Notes: generated by a model from the sequence alone, not told the origin. A stretch of 64,000 bases of DNA from Eledone cirrhosa (GCA_964016885.1 OZ024742.1:83390001-83454000), one strand, 5' to 3'; shown: positions 42,050 to 55,684, numbered from the stretch's first letter. Numbers and translations are program-made.

Positions 42050-42390
42050 AAGATCGGAATTAGAGTATTCCGCAGTTCACAGTAATAATATTAGCTCGAA
42101 GTGGAACAGAGAATTTTCATCTGAGCTCAAATACAAATATATTACACAGAGAGAAGTGTATTACACAGTGAGATGTGTGTAAAGAATTATTACATGTGAG
42201 TTTAACCGTTACTGTATGGAGAACAATACCTACAGGTTAGCAATTAAATAGAAAAAAACAAAGTCAGAATCAAATCTCTGAAGTAGAGTTTTAAACCTTA
42301 TAACTATAAGCTTGCTGATACGAATTTAGAATAAATCTTTACACACATCTCATTCTGTAACACACTTCTCTCTGTGTAATATATTTGTAT
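42047..42390. mobile_element. Short fold-back element between (TA)n tracts
   Basis: Inverted repeat 42131-42190/42331-42390 with a left one-sided extension. Confidence 0.7.
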
Positions 42391-42400
42391 ATATATATAT

Positions 42401-42846
42401 AAAAGATCTATTTAAATTGTTGGGATACAACAAGCAAATATTTTTATAACTGATATAAAGCTCTCACAAATAATTGGAGTAAAAATACGATATTAACAAA
42501 TGGAAACTATATTTATAAAACCTTATGTATTACATTATACATATTCTAAGGACACCAAGTTAAATTATGGTGTGCTTTCATGAGATAAAATATAATATAG
42601 AGCAGTTTTATAAATAAATATTGACATACCCTTAAAGAATTCAACCATTACTGTTGGAAGCTATCCGGGAGCTTCCAACAGTAAAGGTTGCATTCTTTAA
42701 GAGTGTGTCAATATTTATTTATAAAACTGCTCTATATTATATTTTATCTGATGAAAGCACACCATAGTTTAACTTGGTGTCCTTGAAATATGTATAATGA
42801 AATAAATATGGTTTTATAAATATAGTTTCCATTTTTTAATATCGTG
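42401..42846. mobile_element. ~360-bp palindromic HHR element plus left extension
   Basis: Arms 42486-42662/42670-42846; HHR intact on the right arm and mutated on the left (42528-42592, -). Confidence 0.88.
42740..42804 (+). ncRNA. Type I hammerhead ribozyme, intact core
   Basis: tattttat CTGATGA aagcacacca-loop-tggtgtcctt GAAA tatgta TA atgaaata. Confidence 0.85.
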
Positions 42847-42877
<31 letters not shown>

Positions 42878-42995
42878 CAATGAAAATATAAATCTATGAA
42901 AAAAAGAGTTAGTTGATTTGTGATCAACTGATTCTTACATATATAACAGAAGCCAAGCACTCAACGCTATAAATTTATCCGGTGTATTATTATTA

Positions 42996-43036
<41 letters not shown>

Positions 43037-46000
43037 GGTCTGTTCGGACGTCTTTTTGGCACGCTCCCAGTAAGTCGCTTTATTTGCCTGTTAAAATTAT
43101 TTGTTGTTAAATATTTCTTGTTGTGTAAGGGATATAAACCCTTATACTTTGCCCTGTGAAGGGGAAAGTATAATATTTGGGCCGTTTTGCCCAAATATTT
43201 GAACTTTTTTTACATGTTAAAAAATTTACGGAGAAAAAAAAACATGGCTGATACCAATGATCGTCGAGGGCAGAAGGCCTAGGTGTGTCGTTTGTGGTGA
43301 AGTAACCCACCTAAGGGCTTTCTGCCCTCAGGCTAAAAGGTTGAAGCCACCTCTCTTACCCACCCCAGTGACTCAACCATCAACACCACCACCAGCAGAA
43401 ATAGCAGCAACAACTGTAGCAGCAACAACAGAAGTAACTTAAACAGCAACAACCCCAGCAACAGTAGCAAAACCAAAACCACCACCACCCAACGCGCCAG
43501 AACTAGCACCAGCGCCTACACCATCCACCACGCCACAACCAAAACCAACGCCTGTGGAGGATTTTCCACTCCCCGACCTATCGCCACTGGAGACAGATTG
43601 TGACGAAGAGGAGTGGGAAACGGTATCAAGAAAAAAGAAAGAAAGAAAAAGAAACCAAAAAACAAAAAATCCTCTTCCTTCCCCCTCCAAAAACAAAATA
43701 CAGAGGGAAACAAATAAACTCTCAAACAAAAATGTTAGGACAGCTATGCCACCATCCACACCAGCATCACCAACCCCATCACCACATACACCAACACCAT
43801 CACCATCATTAACCTCAACACCACCATCACCAACACCACAAAAGTCACCAAAAAGCGAAACAGAAACAAACCCACAACAAACGCAAACAAAACAAAACAA
43901 CCATAACGATACACACTACACAGCATTAAATTTGAACAACAACCAATTATTACACTACATCCAACACAACACCAGCATCACAGAAAAAGACTACACAACA
44001 AACCAAAAGTTCACACCACCTCCACACATACAAATCACTCGCATCACACAGAAAACGTACACGACACTAAAACAAAAATTCCCCAAAGACATCGGAGACT
44101 TCCGACAAACACTCTCCAGGAGGATTTATAAGGACATCCTTCCGGAGGAGGCCAGAAGCAGTGAAAAGGATGGAGAAACCATCCTTCCTGTATGAGAAGT
44201 AAGGTAAGTGGTGTTTTCCCATCTTTTCCACTCCATTTCAACATGACCTCACTCAGAATAGGCAGCATAAATGCGCGTGGCTTTGGGTCGTCATGGAATC
44301 AGGGTCACCTGCTCAACGACCTCAGCTCACTAAACATAGATGTAGTGGCAATCAGCGAGACCAGAATCTCCGAAGCACGGGCCTTCGCACCCATTTTCGG
44401 CGGCTACGATGTGTACGCATCTCCCAGCCGTCCAGGATCGGGGGGAGGAGTTGCTGTGCTTTTTCGGAGAGGTTTGGATCTCACCATACGGGCCATCTTC
44501 CTGTACCCAGAAGGTAAGTTGGTAGTGCTGGACGTGACAAGCGGAGAGGGGCAAGCTTTTAGGCTAGTGGCCCTCTATGCCCCGACAGGAGCAGGGCGGC
44601 CTGATTTCTTCCGGCGTCTGGAGACCTTTCTTAGAACGTCCCGCTCTTTAGTGTTAGTGGGCGAATGGAACGGGATCTTAGATGCACGCTGGGACTGTGT
44701 GTGATTAGCGGATAGGGGAGGAGGGTGCTTGAGCCTCACCAACCTGCACAGGCGTTTTGAACTCTCTGACAGGTACCGATTGGATTTCCCGAATGTGCCA
44801 ATGTGGACTTGGACAAACCGCATTGGGTCATCCAGATCATATCTAGATAGAGTATTTTGTAGGGAAATAGATAGGTCTAGAATAGGCTGTCCATAATTCA
44901 AGATAGTCAGCTACACGGACCACGAATTCGTGATTTGTGTGCTTGACTTAGATAGGCTTCATAGACTAGGACCCAGCTACTGGAAGCTAAATGCGTCCTT
45001 ACCAGCGCGCAAGGCCTACAGAGATCGAATTAGCGAACTAGTTAAGCGGGCGTTGACGGGGGCCATCGTGAACAACAAGTGGTGGTTTGCTCTGAAAAGA
45101 GCGATTAGAATAGAGTCCATTAGGATTAGTAAGGCTTTAGCAATAGAGAAAAATAGAGCAGAGAGAGAACTAGTTAGAAAATTAGACGAGGCGTTTAGCA
45201 AAGGCATCGCGACCGACGTACTAGCGGCGAAATTGGCCCTTGACCAATTCTTCAATGCAAAGCATGAAGGCTGCGTTATCAGAGCTAGGGTGGTGCGTGC
45301 TCTCAGACACGAGGGGACAAAAGCCGTTCAATGGACCTGAGTGGCGGAGGCGCGTCGTAGCAACAAAGCTACGATCCGGTCTTTGGTGGACCACGACGGG
45401 CGCATGCTACTCGATCCCAGGCTAATGTGTGAAGCTTTTCAGCGACACTTCGCTCAGATGTTCGGGGGAAGCGGCGGGCCGGGTCGAGCGATGGACTTTA
45501 GTGTCTACCTCGACGGATACCGCGGCTCTCGGCCACTAAGGCGCGTAGTGTTGCGAAAAGCCGATAACAGCCGCTGAAGTACGGGAGACAATGACTGGCT
45601 GACAAGGGGTAAATCGCCTGGTTTGGATGGTCTGCCCTATGAACTTTACGTACAGATGCGAGACTTGTTCGAAGGCCTCTTGGCGTACGTTTACTGCAAA
45701 TGACAACCGAACAGGAGAATTCCCAGCTCTGTGAGCCGAGGAGCGGTGGCGATGCTGAGAAAGGATCCGAACAAGGGGGATAACATAGATAATTTCAGGC
45801 CCATAACTCTGCTAAACAGAGTTCAAGATTTTGGCCGAGGTGCTAGCAAAGAGGTTGGCGCTTATCGTTGGTGGTCTGGTGGGAGAGGCGCAGACATGCG
45901 CCATTCCCGACAGATCCATCCACGACAACCTCCACCTCATGCGATACATCGTAGAGAGGGTAGCTAGGGAACCTGGCACGGGTGGGTCCTTCATCAATTT

Positions 46001-47587
46001 AGATCAGTCGAAAGCTTTCGATAGGGTCGACCATCGTTACCTAGCGACAGTCCTGAGGGCGGCTGGCTTTGGGCCCGTCTTCAGTGGCTGGATCGCTGCC
46101 ATGCACAGCGACATCTGCTCTGTGGTGAGAGTGAACGGTCACCTTTCGGAACCGTTCAACATCATGCGCTCGGTCCGCCAAGGATGTCCCCTCTTGTCCC
46201 TCTTGTACGTATTGACTCTCGAGCCATTACTGCACAAACTGGAGACGTTGAGGGGCGTCCGCGCGAACTGATGATGTCACCGTAGTGGTGTCGAACGCTA
46301 AACACATCGAGGCGATCGGCACTACACTAAGAGAATACGAAGCGGTGACAGGAGCAATGATCAACCAGGAAAAGTCAGTGGGCCTGCAGCTCGGCACCTG
46401 GAGAGGAAGGTCCTTGCCGTCCAACAGCGTCGTCGGACGCTGGACGGACGGACTGGTTAAATTGCTAGGGGTCTGGTTCGGTCCGGACCTCCAGACGGAC
46501 AAAATCTGGGACGAGATGACGAGTAGGGTGGCTTCTCTCACCCAGAAATGGGCGGAGAGGAAGCTATCACTGAAAGGTCGAGCGGAGGTGGCTAACGCGT
46601 ACATCGAGTCCGTCATCTACTACCGCCTGACCGTCGTACCTTGTCCTAAACACCGCCTGACTGCGCTGGAGCGTTTGCTCTTTCGCCTTTGGTGGAAACT
46701 CAACCTTGGCGTTCTATAGAGGATTAGTGGAGGGGAAGAGCGACGACGTACTTGGGGAAACTCTAGGCGTCGACGAAAATCAACTAGCCAATCTCTTAGG
46801 AAGAACTTTCGGGCCGGGGACTATGGACAACTTCCAGAAAGCCCTGGCCTGGCAGTGCTACCGAGGAGCTTTGCCAGTTCCGGATAAACTCTACAGGCAT
46901 GGAGGTGCCGTCAGTCGGGCATGTCCGAGATGCGCGCAGGGCGACGAAACCGTTCTGCACGCACTCGTCCAGTGTCCGAGCATTGCTGACTTGTGGGTTT
47001 ATGTCGAACACCTGCTATCGCGTGTAGGACGGATCCATATATCAGCTGAGTCCATCGTGAGGATTGCCCCGCCCTCTTCCTTTAGCCAGGAAGGGCAGGC
47101 AGTTTTCTATCTGTCTGGTGGCCATGGCGAAAGAGATAGTATGGTGGACACGTTTGAAAGGGCTGAAGACGAGCACTTACCTCTTCGGTGATGCCCTGAT
47201 TAACTTTTTCAAATTTCAATTGAAAAGGAAAATCAGGATAGAGAGGGAAGTGCTCTCTTTCCAGCATTTTGTTGAAAGATGGGTGAGAGAAGCAAGAATG
47301 GCCTGAGTGAATGAGCAAACTCTGAGTATGTGTCTGTAAATTAAAGGTGGAAAACTGGGAGAGGGCACTTGCCCTGGCGGTCAGGTTCACTGTGGTTTTT
47401 TAATGGGCTTTCTCCACGAATATCCCTCGGAAGTCTCCCTCGTATTGGGAAATTTTCATTGTTATTTTTTGTTACATCCTCTGTTTTTGTTTTTACACGC
47501 AGAAATGCCCATTTTGTACCGTCCTGTATTGTCCTGTACTGTCCTTAATGTCTACTTTATGAAAACCCTTGTGGTTAATAAAGAAAG
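43037..47587 (+). mobile_element. Second Tx1-type LINE family, decayed with internal deletions, inserted in (TAT)n
   Basis: ORF1 knuckle CVVCGEVTHLRAFCP; ORF2 pieces ~44243-47338 homologous to 38108-41546; (TAT)n at both junctions. Confidence 0.9.
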
Positions 47588-48149
47588 TATTATTATTATT
47601 ATTATATATATATGTGTGTGTGTGTCTGTGTGTGTATATCTCTATATATATATCGTGTGCGAATGTTATTATCTCACAATGATATATTTGATTGTTCGGT
47701 TTCCTTAAATTCAATTTAAGTTAAAAGTAATTAATATATATGCCATGAAACTTTGCATAATCTACGCCTATAATTAAGGCGTAGATTATGCATTTAAGTC
47801 TTTTCGCATCATTACGAGCAATTTCCTAAGCATTACTTGAGTTATCTTTCAAAGGCTTCATTGGTTACATCGTTTCGGCTTTTGTTCCTTCTGCTCTTAT
47901 TTCTTTTCATCAGGATCTTATTTTCTACTTTATTTCTTTTAGGTCAACAAGAGCTATTGAATGTCAAATTATCTTTGATTGTTGAATATAATTGACCTTG
48001 AATTGGAGAGCTATCAAGTTTGAATTGTCAATGAATTCGCATTTTATCTCTCAAATGAGACTGACAAACAGAGATATAGTATATAGGTTTCTCAATTAGA
48101 AGTATTCATCAAAATATATCCCCTCTCTCACACCAGCTATAATCTAGAC

Positions 48150-49430
48150 ATGCAGCAGCACATGTGCTGATAGCCAGTATCTTATTCCTACCACTTAAAT
48201 TCGCCTTTAACACCAATTTCAGTCTCCGTTTTTATTTCTTTGATAATAGTTCTTTTATTACCTTCTCTTTCATTTGGTTTGTTTCCTGGATGCCTAAGTT
48301 CTTATGCCTGTTGTCGTCAATTTCCTTCATAATTTGTCCTTCTGGTAATACAATTCCTTCCGCCTTATCAATTCTACCTCGCTTCAGTGGGAGCACCGCA
48401 CACTGTTTTATGCCAAATTTCATTCCTGTGTCTGTAGTGTATGTATGAACTGCCTGTACAAGTGAATCAAGATGTTCATAGGGTTTCCCATAAATTTTAG
48501 GTCATCCATGAACAGCAGGTGATTTACCTTAAAGTCACGTAACCAGACTGTGATCTTCTCAATACCAAGGAAAGTGTAACCATGCACAATACAGAGAGCA
48601 AAGAGTAATGACTATCTCCTTAAAATATCTCTCTCTTGATTTTCACAACTCCCAAAGTCTGTTTACATGATGTTAAATCAGCTATCCAACCATCCATATG
48701 TTCCCCAAAAACTGTCTAACGTTAGCTACAATACCAAATATTTCCAAACATTCTACTATCCAGCTATTTCGCACCATCTCATAAGCCTTTCGGTAAAATA
48801 TCCAGCCATGGCAACGTTTGTGTGTCCCCTGTTACTATATTTAAGGATCGCATTATCAATCAACAATTCATACTTAGTTCGCCTGCTTCTTCTCCTACAT
48901 CCCTTCTGCTCTGCAAGTAGTGTCTCCTCCAGGTATTCATACATTGCTCAGCAATGACACCTGTCATACGTTTCCACATAAGAGGGAGGTAAGAGATAGT
49001 TCTAAAGTTGTCAAATGCATTTCCATTGCTGAGGTCCTTCAAACACAAGATCATTCTCCCAAAGGTAAGCCTTTCCGGTAACCTCTCTTCTCCATTCAAG
49101 AACTTATTCAATTGCTCAGCAATTATCCCATGAAGGCTCCTCAGCTTTTTCAACCAGAACAATTGAACAACGTCTCTGCCGGGAGCTTTCCAATTCGGTA
49201 TATTTCTACACTGGATAGTTACCATATCGTTATCTCCAATTCTCCCTGTTGGTTATCCTCAATGTCATTTTTCATGTTAATCAGCCACTCGAAACTTCTA
49301 TTGTGCTCGTTTCTTACATTCCAGATATCACACAAAACTTGTTACATTCAACCGCATCGAGAATGACGTCTTCCTAATCTTTCCATTTATTCTCCTGATT
49401 TTGTACTTCCCTGTTTTGTTTCCCCTTTCC
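48150..49430 (-). pseudogene. Decayed R4-type RT fragment
   Basis: PNWKAPGRD...[30 protein letters not shown]. Confidence 0.8.
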
Positions 49431-49437
49431 CCTTTTA

Positions 49438-50730
49438 ATGAAATTAAATGACACCTTGCCAGGACACGTAAACAGCTCTGAGGAGGTGATGGAGCGCCTG
49501 TATCAAATGGATCCCGACACCAGAAAGGCTAACAGATGTGCCTTCAGCCTTGATGTAGTCGCTCTTTATACCTCGGTCCCGGCACTCCCGGCCGTTGATA
49601 TACTGATGGAACGCGTCCAATCTGCCGACCTACACTGCTTCGGGCTCACCACCACTGACATCACATACTTCGGATTTCTCGGCCAAACATACCAGCAAAC
49701 CTCGGGACTGCCCATGGGCTCAAGCCTGTCGGGTGTGCGAGCGATCTCATACATGGACAGCCTCGAGCGCCTGGAACTTAACACCTGCCACCCCAACGCC
49801 GTCGCCCTTTTCTCAAGGTACGTGGACGATATCCTCATCCTCACATCTTCCCAGGAGATGGCGAACATAATCTATGAGACGTTCAACAACACGGACGAAA
49901 ACATTGGTTTCAGTGTTGAACACCCCATCGACGACGGGTCACTTGCTCTCCTCGACTTCCGAATGAACATCACGGAACAGGGAGGGGTCCACACAAACTT
50001 CTACCGCAAGGCAGCCTGCAGGGACATGTTCGTCCACTACAAGTCCGCCCTCTCTAACAATGCTAAAAGAGGGTACGTCACGAACAAGATCACGCGAATT
50101 AAAAACAGATGCAGCGATCCCGCGAGTGGTGTCACCAATACCAAGAGATTCCTCAAAGTGCTGGAGACGAACGGGTATCCTGCCTCACTCACAAACAGAA
50201 TAAGAGACACCAGACGCAAGAGGCAGAGAAACACCCAAGGCAAGTGTTTCCTTAAAATACCACACCTGGGCGAGAATTCCACCAACGCTATCCGCAGGGC
50301 TATACGGAGGGAGGGCCTCGACATCCACCTGGCCCACTCGGACCCCTCCCTGTAAAGATGCCTCTCCAGGAAACCCGGGAAATCGACTGACGCGTGCTCC
50401 CTCAGAAACTGCCAGATGCGCCATACGAACTGTTGCCTATGCACATACGTCGTGTAGAAGATAGAATGTGATAAGTGCAACCACTACTATATAGGTAGCA
50501 CAATCCGGCCGCTACACATCAGGATCAAGGAGCACATCAACACCAGGGCCTCGTCTTTCCGGAAACACATAACCAAATGCGGAAACAAAGACGGAAGGCC
50601 CATTGTCACAGTGCTAGCGACAGAACATAACGTCGGCACGTTACGAATCAAGGAAGCACTTTGGATCAAACGCCTAGGGCGACAAATAAATAACCGATCC
50701 GAGAGAAGCGAAATGAGGTGGTTGGTTTAA
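49438..50730 (+). pseudogene. PLE RT + GIY-YIG with stops
   Basis: ORF 49438-50355 and its in-frame continuation past stop codons. Confidence 0.85.
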
Positions 50731-51540
50731 ACAAACGGGGCAACAACACACGCACACGCACACAAACAAACGAGACAACAACACACGCATACACACACAC
50801 ACTCACACACACACACACACACACACACAGTAGCATTCACCAAACAGGCAGACGAAATGAGTTGGTTTAAACAAACGAGACAACAACACATGCACACATA
50901 CACACACACACAGAAGCATTCACCAAACAGGCAGACGAAATGAGTTGGTTTCAACAAACGAGACAACAACACACGCACACATACACAAGCGAGACAACAA
51001 CACACGCACACACACACACACACACACAGTAGCATTCACCAAACAGGCAGGGAATACCACCACCACACGAATACACTATACAACACTGCTAATACAGAAA
51101 CCAGCACAGACAGATAATACAATGGATTGACAGCTAACGCCACTCCACTCCCACAATTAAAAGAATTATTTCGGCCGTCGACCTCTGCTTGACCGAACTC
51201 ATTTCGCGCGCGCGCGCTCTGCTGAATACCTCAGATATTCAAAACAACGAACAGCAGAGGATACGTATTGCTCCTCTCCGACAGATAACCTTTCACTCCC
51301 CCCGGACCCCCCCCCCCAGTTGATGGATGTGAATCCGAAATATAGGGACAATTAAATCTCTCCCAAGGTAACTCTATCTCGTGTTATTATTTTTATTTTT
51401 TACGCTCTTTCCTACGTTCTTCTACACACTATACATTTCATTCTACATTCACTTACATCGCTCTCTTCACCACCGGATCTTGTTACCCGGAGAAGTACCC
51501 ATCTGCATTGTTGAGGCTTCCAAAACGACCAAAAGAAAAT
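49438..51540 (+). mobile_element. 5'-truncated Penelope-like element with Cys-rich linker
   Basis: SLDVVALYTSVP, GLPMGSSLS, RYVDDI, LLD, YRK; downstream YIGST...RIKEH GIY-YIG; 3' tandem repeats 50710-51050; degenerate minimal HHR 51313-51347. Confidence 0.88.
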
Positions 51541-51639
51541 ATATCATATTTATATATATAAGTATAAGAGTGTGTGTTTGTGCGAGTGTGTGGGAGTGAG
51601 GGCTGATATGTGTCCGTGTGTGAGTGTGTTTGTAGACAC

Positions 51640-52003
51640 CTGACCATAGCCATTGTTAGCTTAAGTGAACCTTAAAAATCAGGAGTGGAACCCCCAGTTT
51701 CAATTTATCTGTAGAATTCTTTCTGCCTATGTTACTCTAAATATAGTTCTTAAACAATTCCCTTTTCTTTAAACCCATCAACCAATGTCCTCCACCCATC
51801 CCATTCACCACCCTCTCCTACCACCAGAAAATATATAAATACAACCATATCACTTGGACAGTCGGCTTCCCGATAATTTCTCCCGAATGAAACAGTTCCA
51901 GTCCTTTAGAAGCCTTTTCTATATTAAATATAATATTTATACTCTGCTTTTATTGAGTACCTTACTTATTGTGGTTACCTTCGATTAAACCCGGGATAAA
52001 CTT
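51640..52003 (+). mobile_element. Family A copy with degenerate HHR (51864-51914) and complete 3' tail
   Basis: ggcttc CCGATAA ...GAAA cagttccagtcctt TA gaagcc; tail gtggttaccttcgattaaacccgggataa. Confidence 0.8.
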
Positions 52004-52031
52004 ATATATATATATATATATGCAAATAGAG

Positions 52032-52104
52032 ATTCCTTCTTATGAACGATATCAGATGTTTCTGTTAGAATCATTTAACTCCGTGAAACCTTTGGTAATG
52101 GAAT
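52032..52104 (+). ncRNA. Hammerhead ribozyme, one core substitution
   Basis: attcctt CTTATGA acg...cgt GAAA cc-ttt-gg TA atggaat. Confidence 0.6.
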
Positions 52105-52141
52105 AATTATATTGTGCTATTTATTACATAAACAAATAAAA

Positions 52142-52208
<67 letters not shown>

Positions 52209-52250
52209 TTAAAACAATGAAATAAAACTTCAAGTCATTAGGAATATACT

Positions 52251-52392
52251 TCACTGCTTTACGATCGTTTCTAGGTGATAATAATACATCGTACGCATAT
52301 TTCGTTATCGATCTATGTAAGGTTAGTTACAAAATATCAAATAAGGATTATATTTACCTACGTGTATATCGTCAGCCGTTTTCTGAAAATTG
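52251..52392 (-). ncRNA. Degenerate relative of the multibranch HHR at 54169-54306
   Basis: Shares cctaGAAAcgatcgTA and interior layout; core decayed to CAGAAAA. Confidence 0.5.
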
Positions 52393-53085
52393 TATTCAAA
52401 ATCAATAGTAAATTGAGTTCTATGACCTTATTTGGAGGTAGTTGAAGAACAAACCAATCAAATGGTGTTTGGCCATATGATGTTAAGACGAAATATAACT
52501 CACTTTAGTTAAGGTCATGATATTTTGAAAGGAATGGTTGAGTGGTGTTAAAAATAGAATTACTATGAAGAACCTATGAAGAAAAGGGATTGTTGTATTG
52601 ATGGTGGAGTGAAGTTTAAAAATGGATGTAAAAATTATGTTGAGTTGTGTTGTATGGAGTTTTTAGGTGAATATAAATAAAGAAATATAAAATATACGGA
52701 AATAACTAGGATAAATATAGATAGGTAAAGTAATGGTGATAACTAGGAAGGATAGTATATTAAAAGAGGAAAATTATAATAAGATAATAAAATACAATAA
52801 TATAATAATATAATATAATGTAATATAATATAGTGCATTGTGGTACATTGTATATAGTATAGTATAGCGTATGATTTATCATAAAATATAAAATAGTAAA
52901 TATTTTCAAGTGGGTCCATGTATAAGTAATCAATCCCAGATAAGTGCATGTTGACATATATGACTCTGTTTTTCTTTTTTATGTTTTATTGTTTTCCGGG
53001 ATTTATTTTAACCGACAACATTTTCAACATATGGATTACATTGAGTTCTTCATGCGGACTAGACCACACAACTAACCGTGGATAT

Positions 53086-53160
<75 letters not shown>

Positions 53161-53165
<5 letters not shown>

Positions 53166-53720
53166 GAGCTTCTACATGACTAGAACTGTTTCATTCGTGA
53201 GAAATCAGCAGGAAGCTGGCTGTCCAAGTAGTGGTATTTATATCTTTTCTTTTCTGGTGGTAGGAGAGTGTGGGGATTGGGATGAAGGATTTAAAGAAAA
53301 TTGAGTTCATTAAAAGCTAATTCTTTAAAGCTATAGTATTAACGAAGGCAGAAAGAATACTGTAAACAAAATAAAATTTGGAATACCAATCCTAGTTTAT
53401 CACTTAGACTAACAATACCTTTAAGACAGGTGTCTACAGGATGGGTGGGTTTCAATGGTTTAAAGAAAAGGGAAATTCTTTAGAAGTTAATTATTTAAGG
53501 CTGAAATAAGGGTGACAAAGGCAGAAAGGGTTCCATCAACAGATTCAAGTGTTGGGGTGATTCCCCTTTTGTGCAGTTTCTCTTAATATATATTCCAGGT
53601 GTCGACAAGCACATTCACACACGCGCCCACTTACACACGTACGCACGCGTACACACAGGCAGGCACAAGAAACATACATAATGGTTCATACACACATACA
53701 TAAATACAAATATATACACA
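53161..53720 (-). mobile_element. Family A copy, HHR 53167-53217 with core CTGCTGA
   Basis: agcttc CTGCTGA tttctcacgaat GAAA cagttctagtcatg TA gaagct; 53375-53720 is mirrored at 63660-64000. Confidence 0.8.
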
Positions 53721-53787
53721 TACATATATATATGTACATATATGTGTACATATATGTGTCAACATATATATGTGAACAATATATGTG

Positions 53788-54019
53788 TACACAACAGTTA
53801 GTTCACCATACCGACAACAATTGTTTCACTCTACGGATCCTCAGCTCGTAATGGACATGGTTGTAACCATGTCCATTACGAGCTGAGGATCCGCTAAGGT
53901 GAAACAATTGTTCTCCGTATGGTGAACTAACTGTTGTGTAACCACTTCTACCTAACTCGTCCCATTGACCATTGACTGAGTGATCTACCACTACGGATAT
54001 TACCTTCCAGTGTTCTACC

Positions 54020-54022
<3 letters not shown>
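53788..54022. mobile_element. ~153-bp palindrome of two outward-facing HHRs plus right extension
   Basis: Arms 53788-53862/53865-53940; extension to the (TA)n at 54022. Confidence 0.88.
53877..53919 (+). ncRNA. Minimal hammerhead ribozyme, intact core (second copy 53809-53850 on minus strand)
   Basis: tacgag CTGAGGA t-cc-gctaa-gg-t GAAA caattg TT ctccgta. Confidence 0.8.
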
Positions 54023-54113
<91 letters not shown>

Positions 54114-54168
54114 TAAATTAATAAAAAAATGAATAAAAATAAAGAACAAGTTCCTTATATTAAAAAAT

Positions 54169-54306
54169 TCATCATTTTACGATCGTTTCTAGGATATATA
54201 TGTGTGTTGGCATGTATATCATATATATCTATGTAAAAATATTTTACAAACTATCAGAAGGAATATATATACCTTCACATATGTATGCTGTCTTCAGAAA
54301 TAATGA
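54169..54306 (-). ncRNA. Hammerhead ribozyme with ~100-nt multibranched stem II
   Basis: tcattattt CTGAAGA cag[three hairpins]cta GAAA cgatcg TA aaatgatga; 9-bp stem I. Confidence 0.72.
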
Positions 54307-54828
54307 TATTTGTTTATTGAAAAAAAACAACCAAGATTTAATATAATAGGTCTGTTTGGGAACAGGTTTTGAATTGACCAATAGAAAAGTAGTAAGAGGT
54401 CAAGTTGTTAGAATAGTAGTAGTAGAAATTTAATTTAGGGTTAGAAGAATGCAGACTTAAGTTTTGAATGGAAAAATACTTTGAATGAAAATAGATATAA
54501 ACGTGCCGACACATACACATACATATACGCACACATGCATTGCACACTGATGGGCACATACATATTTGTACACAAGTATACCAATACGGCAGGGCCTAAT
54601 GGATTCCCCTTGCAGTACGTACAATCTGGACACTCACACACACCTCGGTGTTATGACAATACTATATATCATTTCACACCTTTTATTATTACTGTTTTTG
54701 GTGTTCTCTTGGGAGAATCGTTTTTGCTGAAAATATCGAATAATGTACACCATTTTTACCAGTATCACAAAAATACTGGTCCACCCACACATTCACACAC
54801 ACACATACACACATATACACACACACAT

Positions 54829-54901
<73 letters not shown>

Positions 54902-54959
54902 TACACACGCGTACACTAACATACAAAGAGACATATACACACACACTTCTCCGTATAAG

Positions 54960-55057
54960 ACAAGAGCTGAAATATATCTTTCAACATGTTAAAATATCCC
55001 CCCACACACGTACAGATACATTCCTACTGACCGATCCCTCTACCACAAATTATTCTG

Positions 55058-55107
<50 letters not shown>

Positions 55108-55637
55108 TTGTCTTAATAGGCACCTGAACTGTTGACCTTTCAACATGATTGCAATTCACACACACATCCCTACTGACCATTATCACAACAATGAACCTCT
55201 TTACTACACACACACACACACATATTTGTCTTAAAAGACTTATTTTTCAGTGACTTCTCAATCAGGCGAAAAAGGACACTTATCGACAAACCTACATTTG
55301 GCGCAAAATAATTTTTAACATTCACGTGACCTCTACCGACCAATCAAAATTGTTTTGACCACAAGAATTTTTTGCAACATGAATTGGCGCGAAACTTATA
55401 CCTCTGGAGCCACTTTTTTCACATAAAAGAGGTAGAATTTCCAAAACTGATCAGATTAGAGCAAACATCACGGGCGCTCTATCTCAAAACTATTTTTGAA
55501 AAGCATTAGAAATGCGCAACCGGTAAAAACTTAAAACTAAAACTGAATACAAACCAATACTTATTACTAATTTTTACTTATTCCTAATTAAACTATTTTT
55601 TACTGTGAACAATTTGTCAGCATTTTCTTTTCCTTTT

Positions 55638-55640
<3 letters not shown>
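54960..55640 (+). mobile_element. Solo pLTR related to the Neptune-like pLTR, with U3-A8 HHR 55493-55528
   Basis: Colinear similarity to 63180-63372; ttt TTGAAAA gcatt-aga-aatgc GCAA ccgg TA aaa; left boundary uncertain. Confidence 0.7.
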
Positions 55641-55682
<42 letters not shown>

Positions 55683-55684
55683 TA

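Noticed and set aside
38078-44210. GGTAAGT donor-like motif just before ORF2 in both Tx1 elements
   Set aside because: Short motif that may simply contain an ORF1 stop; no acceptor or transcript evidence
47754-47915. Short hairpin (47754-47792) and minus-strand CTGATGA...GAAAcgatgTA
   Set aside because: Stems I and II do not pair
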